A DNA stretch of 64,000 nt from Zancudomyces culisetae HAW-14-8 (taxonomy: Eukaryota; Fungi; Kickxellomycota), in the NCBI GenBank assembly GCA_052426225.1, contig JBNJNM010000012.1, positions 744,001 to 808,000 of the forward strand, in the 5' to 3' direction. Both the position numbers and the translations under genes were made by a program. Each line of letters opens with the position of its first letter. The first letter of the stretch is position 1. Below are positions 10,801 through 18,560 of this stretch, piece after piece. Below the pieces are notes generated by a model. The model was not told the DNA's origin, searched no databases, and saw nothing but the letters and a program-made list of their open reading frames with translations.

Positions 10801-12243
10801 CGTGTCGCCCGTTGGGCAATGATACTCCGCAACTATAATTACTCCATTGTGCATTGTATGGGAAAGCGGAACCCAGCTGACGCGTTGTCTAGGCTCCCAA
10901 CCAATGAACCCTCGACTTCCATTGAAGAACTGGACATACTCACACTTGACTTCCTATATTACACTGCTATTACGACTTACTTGAGAGAGAAAGAGTACCC
11001 TAGAGGAGCAGATGAGAGGTTTCGGGAGAAGTTGTGTAACAAGGCACGGAAATATACACTGAAAAACGATAGACTGTGCCGTGTTATAAAAGGACAAGTC
11101 AAGGAGGTCCTGCACGAGAAAAACATTGAGGAGACTATATCCACCATTCATGAAGAGGGACACAATGGTATAGAAAACACATGGCTAAAGGTGAAAGAGA
11201 AATACACTGGCGAAGGACTATATGAAGTTGTGAAAAAAATAGTTAATGAATGTATCACCTGCCAAAGATATAAAGGTGGAAGAACACGAAGAAGCAACCT
11301 AAATCCTATATTTAGCCCGCGACCATTCAGCATATTTGGATTAGATGCAATTGGACCCATCAATCCGGTGAGTAAAACAGGTAATAGATTTATTTTAACG
11401 GGAATTGATTACTTTACTAAGTGGCCAGTGGCCGCTGCAGTAAGTAATATAAAGACTGAGACCATTATTAGTTTTATACTAACCCATATTATTCAGTGGT
11501 TCGGGGTGCCTAGCCAAATCATAACCGACCGCGGCTCAGGATTTGTGAGCGACTTGGCGGAACAGGTATATAAGGAATTGGGAATTCGTCACACACCGAC
11601 AACGCCGTATCGCCCCCAAAGCAACGGCCAAGTGGAACGGCTGAATCAAACCCTGAAGAATGCATTAGTGCGACAATGTCGAAAGGACAAACAAAACTGG
11701 GATAAGTTCATTTGGAAATCGCTACTTGCAATCCGGACAATGAGAAACAAATCTACCAAGTATAGTCCTGCTGAGTTGCTATACGGAGTGCAAATTGCTA
11801 CCCCTAGCGTATGGACTCCGCCTCCCGATGTTGACAATCTAGATATTGCAGTACAAGAACGAATTGATGCTATAAAATCATCATTGCCGGAGATGAGAAC
11901 TGATAGTGTAAGGAATAACGTACTCGCTAAAGAAAAGGATCGTGAATCATATAACAAGCAGGTTAAACCGTACAAATTCAATCAAGGGGACTTAGTACTA
12001 AAGATGACAGAGCAAACCCAGAGTAAGCTAGAGGAGATCTGGGAGGGACCCTATCAAGTGGAAAATGTATTATCCAAGGGAACTTATATAATAACGGATA
12101 ACGAAGGGAAGAGAGATCTGGTCAATGGGGATATGCTAAAACAGTTTCACTACAGTAAGAACATGATACCTGAGGTGTCGTCTGCGTTACGTACCAAGTT
12201 AAGACGGTTTAAAAATGTCCCAACGATAAGTCCAATCTGGTAG
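7822..12243 (+). CDS. Gag-Pol polyprotein (capsid, CCHC knuckle, protease, RT, RNase H, integrase)
   Basis: CFKCGVEGHKVPDC; VVDTGAAC; FDALSGYWQI, MPFGLTNSP, FIDD; TTDAS, TDHKAL; HEEGH..CITC, GLDAIGP, TDRG, PQSNGQVER; WEGPY. Confidence 0.97.
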   Translation: MKVPETFDCTSGMDPKEWVGKYRIIAKLNKWDEDDWIDFVQLHLGKRELVWYKRNTLKFTSWEEFTKQFITKFGPKDQSLKYLEQLKTISQDEFETIEELEYELEELLTKSKITEEKQKLNWLLSALTTENRIRVRDAGVESWTEIVELISKDEQQLAIQRKPSAIEKENNKKQTKPRIQLPHSGRPIKDMAQEKLGYGEMVKKMEEWSLNLLTKVDELMENKLREHRRPRPQSYTRGPIKCFKCGVEGHKVPDCPEQSKVQDTSVNFIELSTGNEEDTDVFAVQRGIHPRGVQKPYDFSNKKMTPITTHTRMSQRNRDEVRAEMEVEPPAKPQVVGTAKDHATKEEPPKSRNKLIPKITEGIEPFSLVEDLKSYYPHISLPQLIQAAPQLTHDMSQLAKKVKKDEINEIRLNPSKTSSCKIEITIFGRRMWAVVDTGAACSVATPNLVYGWGLITEQSDGQVIVTADGRRHAPRGIIRDVPVQIGKYIFATDITIMERTDDILILGTDWLLAHKTKLDMQKGELALPVGKQLLLAPLYTRVAAEGADSDEAEVYLVISERQDEGTEEVAMDPRVTELIEENKELFIEDVEQLTQTNVTQHRIELTQDTPIRQRPYRIPFHLYEKVRTELEIMEKNGVIAPCTSEWCSPVVAVWKKNGKLRICADYRKLNQVTRKDSYPLPTIDDIFMALAGATIFSSFDALSGYWQIPMALEDRDKTAFAIPGSGTYCYNVMPFGLTNSPASFQRMMEKALAPVLWKTTVVFIDDIVVYSTSFEQHLVDVREVLQLLKTNNIQLHKNKCSLAVNSLTYLGHTISGKGIETCMDKIIAIQKAESPKSVKELQSFLGLTGYYRKFVENYARIVAPLLKLLKKNTVWSWQSEHQSAVEELKKQLCETPVLSHPDWTREFIVTTDASIIGIGAILSQEFEDGERPICYLSRILNPHERNYSVAHLEGLAVVWSVKKLRQYLWGKHFTIRTDHKALIQLFNGKDITGRVARWAMILRNYNYSIVHCMGKRNPADALSRLPTNEPSTSIEELDILTLDFLYYTAITTYLREKEYPRGADERFREKLCNKARKYTLKNDRLCRVIKGQVKEVLHEKNIEETISTIHEEGHNGIENTWLKVKEKYTGEGLYEVVKKIVNECITCQRYKGGRTRRSNLNPIFSPRPFSIFGLDAIGPINPVSKTGNRFILTGIDYFTKWPVAAAVSNIKTETIISFILTHIIQWFGVPSQIITDRGSGFVSDLAEQVYKELGIRHTPTTPYRPQSNGQVERLNQTLKNALVRQCRKDKQNWDKFIWKSLLAIRTMRNKSTKYSPAELLYGVQIATPSVWTPPPDVDNLDIAVQERIDAIKSSLPEMRTDSVRNNVLAKEKDRESYNKQVKPYKFNQGDLVLKMTEQTQSKLEEIWEGPYQVENVLSKGTYIITDNEGKRDLVNGDMLKQFHYSKNMIPEVSSALRTKLRRFKNVPTISPIW

Positions 12244-12252
12244 GGGAGTATC

Positions 12253-12649
12253 TGTCATATAGAAATGGATGGATTACCCCTTGTCAGAAATTGGTTAGGT
12301 AATTTATTAATGAGTCATAGTATTATTATTATTATTATTATCATTTTATTGGGAAGATTGGACTTTTCTCCCTAGGAGGGTTTTTTCCTACTTCCTTGAT
12401 AACAAGTTCGTGTTATCATTACTTTTATATAGGAGTTTGGATTTCTAGTTTTAAGAAAAAGATTATTATCAATTTTTATTAAGTATATCATAAAAAATAA
12501 ACTACAATAGTAAAATATAACAAGTGTCTACACAAAATTCAGTTATTAACATAAACGGTGAGCTTAAACACTATCCGTGAAGGAAGTAACTAGTGTATTG
12601 ACACTGTGCACCCATAACGGGTAATATAATATAAATTTTAAATATTACA
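12253..12649 (+). repeat. 3' LTR of element 2 (397 bp)
   Basis: Direct repeat of 7308-7710, follows the PPT. Confidence 0.97.
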
Positions 12650-12654
12650 CACAC

Positions 12655-13020
12655 TGTCGTATAGTACAATAGTACTATGTTTTAGTTTAGTTTTGTTTAT
12701 TTTAGTATATTTTTTAGTTCAATTTTATAAAGTTATTTTAGATAGGTTTTATTGGCTAAAATTACGTAAAGGAAAAACAATGAAAATTGAATCCCTTTAA
12801 TCGTAATTAGTTTTTATTTAAGGTTTGGTAGAGTTTTTGTGAGAGTTTTATCTATCAGATTTTGTGGTTCACATTAATAAATATTAGATTCTAATCACTC
12901 AATATATCAGTACAAGTTAATCTTTAAGTGGTATTAGTTATCAAGGATAATACTTACTTAGAGTTACAAATTATATTGTTTTTACATTAGGTATAAATAA
13001 AATTTCTTTATTATACGACA
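12655..13020 (+). repeat. 5' LTR of element 3 (366 bp)
   Basis: TGTCGTATA...TATACGACA perfect 9-bp terminal inverted repeat. Confidence 0.97.
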
Positions 13021-13021
13021 G

Positions 13022-13041
13022 TGGTGCCTTCTGTCGGAATC
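13022..13041 (+). other. Primer binding site of element 3 (TGGTGCCTTCTGTCGGAATC), probably tRNA-Thr
   Basis: Reverse complement GATTCCGACAGAAGGCA-CCA has the form of a tRNA T-arm 3' half, acceptor stem and CCA. Isotype inferred. Confidence 0.8.
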
Positions 13042-13062
13042 TACATCGATACTAATTGAATC

Positions 13063-16000
13063 ATGGACAAAGTCACTATATTCGAAAGTGGGAAAGGAAT
13101 AAACGCCGAGGACTGGCTTGAGGACTTTCAACTAATTGCGAAGATTAACAAGTGGGACCCTGAGGATTGGGTCGGGTTAGTTAAGTTGTGGCTAGGCAAG
13201 TCTGAAACAATCTGGTATAAGAGGAACAAGAATAGTTTCACGTCGTGGGAAATATATACTAAGGAGTTCAAAAAGAAATATAGTACAGTGTTTTCTACTA
13301 GTGGAGCATGGACCAGACTTGGAACAATCAAACTAGCAGAGTTTGAAAGTCTGGAGGAGCTAGAAATGGAATTGGAAAAGTTATGGAAACAAGTAGGAAT
13401 CAAGGAAGAGGTGACTAAACTTGGTTCACTGGTTAGTACGTTCTCAGATGATATTAGGGAAAGACTTTCAGATAAGGAAGGTTTAGATAGAGAAGCGGTA
13501 CTTAAGTTAGTGGCTAAGTTGGAACAAAGTACAAATTGTAGGAGGGATATACAGGCAGCAATTAAGAGTAGTAAGCCAACTACTAAGAACGCTGCTACCC
13601 GGTCAGGCAAGTCGGTAAAAGAATTGACTACGGAAGCTGGGCAGTTTGGAGAGTTTCTCAAAACCTTTCAAGAGCTTAGTGTCAGCCTCTTGGAAAAGTT
13701 AGATCAAACGGTTGCTTCAACTAAAAAGTGGGGAAGTCAAGCAAAGGTGGAACGTGCAAGCACATGGGAGTGTTATTATTGTCATGAGAAAGGTCACCGG
13801 AAGTTTGAATGTCCACGGTTTCAAAAGGAGCACGAGGAAAAGAAAGTCAATTTTTTATCCATAGGTACTGAACCTACTGAAGTAGACGAAGTACTTATGG
13901 TAGAAAAAAGAAAAGCAACGGATGCGGCTGGTCGAGTTGGAAGACCAGCTAAGATTAGAAATACGGGAGACATGGACGCACAGGAGCTTCGGGCGGAGAG
14001 AGTCACCCAACCGGAGTCAGGAACGATTGATAGAGTGAAAAAGTTCAATTTGAGGGAAGAGTTGGAGAAAGTCTATCCAAAAATTAGCATGATTCAATTA
14101 CTTCAAAATTCGGAAAAAATTGCACAGGATTGGAAAAACATAGTTGAAGTTTCACCGCAGACCGCCCTAAACGAGATAAGAATCCAGGAAAAAGCTACTA
14201 CAAACTGTAGTATGACGGTTGAGATTTACCAGTTACAGTGGAAAGCGGTGGTAGACACAGGGGCGGCATGCTCTGTGATTACTACAGGTGCTTTGAACAA
14301 GATTGGTTTGGAGCCTAACATGAAGAGTTCGCACGTTATTATAACAGCGGACGGGAAACGTCATGAAACTCTAGGTGTGGTGTCAGGTGTACCAATTATG
14401 ATTAGTAAAATTGAGTTCGTAGCATCATTGGTGGTGTTGGGAAATATGTCACCAACAATAATATTAGGTATGGATTGGCTTTTAAAACATAATGCCAGTC
14501 TAAATCTAGCAGTGCCAGAACTAAGATTACCTGTGGATAGAGCAGAAGTGGTAACACCACTAGTTACTACCAAAGAAGCACATACTGTAGAGGAAACCTG
14601 GGATTTATATTTTTTCACGGAATCACCAACAGGAATACAAGGTGATGGTGTAGCAGGTTTAGAGGCCTTAGTCCAGGACTATAACGAATTATTTGTAGAT
14701 GATATCGACAAGTTAAAGCAAACAAATGTAGCCGAGCACAGGATAGTACTCACGGATAACAGGCCAATTAAGCAAAGACCGTACAGGATACCGTTTCGTC
14801 TACAAGAAGAAGTAGGAAAAGAAATAGATAGGATGTTAGAGCAAAATGTAATTGCACCTAGTAACTCCGAGTGGTGCTCGCCGGTGGTGGTTGTCCAGAA
14901 GAAAAACGGTAAACTGCGCATCTGCGCAGATTATAGGAAGTTAAACGCAGTTACAGTCAAAGATTCATACCCACTACCGATTATTCAGGATTTGTTTATG
15001 GCCTTGGCTGGTGCGTGCATCTTTACTACTTTAGATGCACTCAGCGGCTTTTGGCAAATAAAAATGTCAGAAGAAGACCGAGAAAAGACGTCATTCGCGT
15101 TGCCGGGAGGGGGGAGTTACCACTATAACGTCATGCCTTTCGGTTTGACAAATAGCCCTTCCACTTTCCAAAGAACAATGGAAACTGTGTTGAAAAAAGT
15201 TCTATGGAAGAAGGCAGTTGTTTTTGTTGACGACATAATCGTCTTTTCAAAAAGTGCAAGCAGTCATGTAGAAGATCTTAAGGAAGTTTTAGAATTATTA
15301 AAACAAGGCCAGATACAGTTGCATAAAGATAAATGCAATATAGGGTTAACAGAAATTGATTATTTGGGTCATGTTATTTCGGGTGAAGGTATTGCAACTA
15401 GTTCAACAAAAATTGAAGCCATTTCAAAGTTAAAGTCACCGACATGCATAAAAGAAGTTCAGTCATTTTTGGGGATGACAGGTTATTATCGTAAGTTTAT
15501 TGAAAAATATGCTATAATAGCTAACCCACTAACTGCGTTATTAAAGAAAGGAATAAAGTGGAACTGGGGAAAATCTCAAGAAGAAGCATTTTTAGAGTTG
15601 AAAAAAGCGATGACGGAAGCCCCAGTGCTTGCGCACCCAAATTGGGATTATTCTTTTGTGGTTACGACGGACGCTGCAGTTAGTGGAGTTGGAGCAATAC
15701 TATCACAAGTTATTGAAGGAAAAGAAAGACCAGTGGAGTATGCAAGTAGAACAACCAGTAATGCAGAGAAAAATTATTCGATCAGTCACTTGGAGGGGTT
15801 GGCGGTTGTCTGGGCCGTTAAAAAGTTTAAGTTTTATTTATATGGTAGGAAGTTTGTAATAAAAACCGATCATAAAGCATTATTAAATATGTTTAACGGC
15901 GAAGAATTAAGTGGAAGGCTAGCTAGATGGGCTATGTTTCTTAGAAGTTACGAATTCGATATAGAGCATATACCAGGGAAGGTCAATCCTGCTGACCATT

Positions 16001-17358
16001 TATCTCGAAGTAGTCTGATAGAAACAACTGAGGAAGAATCAATTGAAGTCTACAACATTTGGGTAAACGAAGAAAATTTAGTTAGGCAATTTTTATTAGA
16101 TGGAACACTGCCACAAGACGTTTCAGAAGAGTTAGCTGAAAAAATAAAGAAAAAATCTAAGTCATACAAGCAGGTGGATGGCAAAATATACAGGTGGGTT
16201 AAGGGACAATTAAAAGAAGTTTTGACGGCTGAAGAGAGTATAGATATGATCAAGAAGGTTCACGACGATACACACGAGGGTATCGAAAACACTTGGGTAA
16301 GAGTAAGCAGAAATCATTATGCTAAAGGATTGTACAAGCAGGTAGTGGACTATGTTAAGCGGTGTCATGTTTGTCAAGTTTTCAAGGATGGAAGAAGTCG
16401 TAAACACCCGTTGGTACCAGTGCATGCAGTCAAGCCGTTCGAAATATTCGGTATGGACGCTATCGGTCCTATCAATCCTATTTCAGAGTCAGGAAATCGT
16501 TATATTCTAACAGCTATAGATTATTGCACGAAATGGCCGATAGCCATTCCCGTAGACAACTTGTTAAGTGAAACTATAGTAGACTTTATAATAAACAATA
16601 TCGTTACTTACTACGGTGTACCACAGAAGATAATAACAGATAGGGGTTCGAGCTTTGTCAGCAACGTTACTACCGAGGTATTCAACTGGTTACAGCTGGA
16701 CCACAGTCCTACCACTTCATACCGTCCGCAGAGCAACGGACAGTGTGAAAGATTGAACAAGACGTTAGTAAATTTGTTACAGAAGATATGTAGGAAAGAC
16801 AAAAATAATTGGGATCGTTACCTGTGGAAGGTGTTACTCATCATGAGAACTATGGAGAGCAAGAGTACTGGTTATACACCCGCCGAGATGATGTACGGAA
16901 CCGAAATGTGCATTCCCTCGACTTGGAAATCTAATGGTGTAATTGAAGATGAAGTTGAACAAGTTAAAAGTAGATTGGAGCTAATGAAGAGTAACTTACC
17001 GCAAATAAGAAAAATCGGGGTTCGCAAAGCTGTAGCAGCAAAAGAATCTGAAAAAGTAAGATATAATAAAACCGTTAAATTTACAAAATTTCAAGTTGGA
17101 GAAAAAGTGTTAAAGTTAGTAGAGTATGAAAGAGGAAAGCTTGAAAGTTTATGGGAAGGCCCATATACAGTTATGAAAAGGTTTACTAAGGGGGCTTACT
17201 TAATCTCAGATCAGTTCGGAAATAGAGATTTAGTCAACGGAGACTTGCTAAAGAAGTACCATGAATCTAAATTTATGATTCCCGAAATTTCAAATCGACT
17301 TCGACCTAAGTTACTTACCTTTAAACAGGCTCAAAATAATGAGGGCATTATCGCCTAA
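13063..17358 (+). CDS. Gag-Pol polyprotein (capsid, CCHC knuckle, protease, RT, RNase H, integrase)
   Basis: CYYCHEKGHRKFEC; VVDTGAAC; LDALSGFWQI, MPFGLTNSP, FVDD; TTDAA, TDHKAL; HDDTH..CHVC, GMDAIGP, TDRG, PQSNGQCER; WEGPY. Collinear with element 2. Confidence 0.97.
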   Translation: MDKVTIFESGKGINAEDWLEDFQLIAKINKWDPEDWVGLVKLWLGKSETIWYKRNKNSFTSWEIYTKEFKKKYSTVFSTSGAWTRLGTIKLAEFESLEELEMELEKLWKQVGIKEEVTKLGSLVSTFSDDIRERLSDKEGLDREAVLKLVAKLEQSTNCRRDIQAAIKSSKPTTKNAATRSGKSVKELTTEAGQFGEFLKTFQELSVSLLEKLDQTVASTKKWGSQAKVERASTWECYYCHEKGHRKFECPRFQKEHEEKKVNFLSIGTEPTEVDEVLMVEKRKATDAAGRVGRPAKIRNTGDMDAQELRAERVTQPESGTIDRVKKFNLREELEKVYPKISMIQLLQNSEKIAQDWKNIVEVSPQTALNEIRIQEKATTNCSMTVEIYQLQWKAVVDTGAACSVITTGALNKIGLEPNMKSSHVIITADGKRHETLGVVSGVPIMISKIEFVASLVVLGNMSPTIILGMDWLLKHNASLNLAVPELRLPVDRAEVVTPLVTTKEAHTVEETWDLYFFTESPTGIQGDGVAGLEALVQDYNELFVDDIDKLKQTNVAEHRIVLTDNRPIKQRPYRIPFRLQEEVGKEIDRMLEQNVIAPSNSEWCSPVVVVQKKNGKLRICADYRKLNAVTVKDSYPLPIIQDLFMALAGACIFTTLDALSGFWQIKMSEEDREKTSFALPGGGSYHYNVMPFGLTNSPSTFQRTMETVLKKVLWKKAVVFVDDIIVFSKSASSHVEDLKEVLELLKQGQIQLHKDKCNIGLTEIDYLGHVISGEGIATSSTKIEAISKLKSPTCIKEVQSFLGMTGYYRKFIEKYAIIANPLTALLKKGIKWNWGKSQEEAFLELKKAMTEAPVLAHPNWDYSFVVTTDAAVSGVGAILSQVIEGKERPVEYASRTTSNAEKNYSISHLEGLAVVWAVKKFKFYLYGRKFVIKTDHKALLNMFNGEELSGRLARWAMFLRSYEFDIEHIPGKVNPADHLSRSSLIETTEEESIEVYNIWVNEENLVRQFLLDGTLPQDVSEELAEKIKKKSKSYKQVDGKIYRWVKGQLKEVLTAEESIDMIKKVHDDTHEGIENTWVRVSRNHYAKGLYKQVVDYVKRCHVCQVFKDGRSRKHPLVPVHAVKPFEIFGMDAIGPINPISESGNRYILTAIDYCTKWPIAIPVDNLLSETIVDFIINNIVTYYGVPQKIITDRGSSFVSNVTTEVFNWLQLDHSPTTSYRPQSNGQCERLNKTLVNLLQKICRKDKNNWDRYLWKVLLIMRTMESKSTGYTPAEMMYGTEMCIPSTWKSNGVIEDEVEQVKSRLELMKSNLPQIRKIGVRKAVAAKESEKVRYNKTVKFTKFQVGEKVLKLVEYERGKLESLWEGPYTVMKRFTKGAYLISDQFGNRDLVNGDLLKKYHESKFMIPEISNRLRPKLLTFKQAQNNEGIIA

Positions 17359-17369
17359 AGGGGGAGTGC

Positions 17370-17735
17370 TGTCGTATAGTACAATAGTACTATGTTTTAG
17401 TTTAGTTTTGTTTATTTTAGTATATTTTTTAGTTCAATTTTATAAAGTTATTTTAGATAGGTTTTATTGGCTAAAATTACGTAAAGGAAAAACAATGAAA
17501 ATTGAATCCCTTTAATCGTAATTAGTTTTTATTTAAGGTTTGGTAGAGTTTTTGTGAGAGTTTTATCTATCAGATTTTGTGGTTCACATTAATAAATATT
17601 AGATTCTAATCACTCAATATATCAGTACAAGTTAATCTTTAAGTGGTATTAGTTATCAAGGATAATACTTACTTAGAGTTACAAATTATATTGTTTTTAC
17701 ATTAGGTATAAATAAAATTTCTTTATTATACGACA
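17370..17735 (+). repeat. 3' LTR of element 3 (366 bp)
   Basis: Direct repeat of 12655-13020. Confidence 0.97.
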
Positions 17736-17743
17736 ACACATGT

Positions 17744-17817
17744 GATTTCTTGGTGTAGATGGTTATCACGTCTGTCTAACACACAGACGGTCGCCGGTTC
17801 GAGTCCGGCAGAAATCA
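17744..17817 (+). tRNA. tRNA-Val (anticodon AAC), intronless
   Basis: Acceptor stem GATTTCT/AGAAATC, A-box TGGTGTAGATGG, anticodon arm TCTGT-CTAACAC-ACAGA, B-box GGTTCGAGTCC. Confidence 0.96.
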
Positions 17818-17818
17818 C

Positions 17819-17822
17819 TTTT
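17819..17822 (+). terminator. Pol III oligo-T terminator
   Basis: TTTT immediately 3' of the tRNA (short run). Confidence 0.5.
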
Positions 17823-18528
17823 ACTATATTGATAATTTTAGTACTATTTTGTATATTAACGGTTAGACTTTTTCATAGTGTATCAATCTATACCTATCAG
17901 ATACTAACTACCATTAGAATTGTAGTATAATGGCTACACTCTTTTTGCTAGCGAATCAATTGCGATTCCTTAGTAGTTATAACTACCAATGAGCGCAAGG
18001 CGAAATCAATATATAATGACTCGGGATAGTAAAGATTCAATATACGAACGATCATCGATTATATGGAGAGCGGATAAAGAAAATAGCAACTTTAGCCTTT
18101 CTTGACCGAATATACTTTACATATACGTACTTAATAATAGATATAGTTTTGCTTAGTGCTTTATCATTATTACCACAATAATAAAAGAAATTAAACATTC
18201 AATTAACTGCGAACAGAACTAGTTAAGTGATCCGAGACCAGAGTATATCTGACATAATCAGTGCTATACCAAACTCAGCCATCACGTTAGCTGAAAATTA
18301 TATCAGATAACTTATAACATCTACAATATATTACAGAATAAACACTATCAATAGTCAAAACTATTAAATATTTTAATCGAATTTTATATCGAATTTATCG
18401 AGATATACACGATATGTAACCTTTTTATTCGGCTAATAGAAATATTAAACCGAACCGAGAACTGCGTATTTCTGAAATATAAGTACATACCAACCTATCC
18501 AGTATCTTTGAAGTACAAATGACATTAT

Positions 18529-18560
18529 GAACTTTCTAGAATTATTAGAATATTCCGGAA
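18529..18560. promoter_or_regulatory. Two perfect heat-shock-element-like arrays
   Basis: GAActTTCtaGAA (18529-18541) and GAAtaTTCcgGAA (18548-18560), with degenerate copies to about 18630. Confidence 0.4.

Larger units (their letters stand above)
7308..12649 (+). mobile_element. Full-length Ty3/gypsy LTR retrotransposon (element 2), no chromodomain
   Basis: Paired LTRs, PBS, intact 1473-aa gag-pol ORF and PPT AGGGGAG (12242-12248). Confidence 0.97.
12655..17735 (+). mobile_element. Full-length Ty3/gypsy LTR retrotransposon (element 3), very recent, 4-bp TSD ACAC
   Basis: Two 366-bp LTRs identical by eye, PBS, intact 1431-aa ORF, PPT AAAGGGGGAG (17357-17366). ACAC at 12651-12654 and 17736-17739. 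Confidence 0.97.

Noticed and set aside
10100-15240. RT active sites read FIDD / FVDD instead of YxDD
   Set aside because: FxDD occurs in several active Ty3/gypsy lineages; it is not evidence of inactivity or novelty.
7822-17358. Gag and Pol fused in one ORF with no frameshift
   Set aside because: Known organisation (e.g. Tf1/Tf2).
17742-17930. 62-aa ORF
   Set aside because: Overlaps the tRNA gene; spurious.
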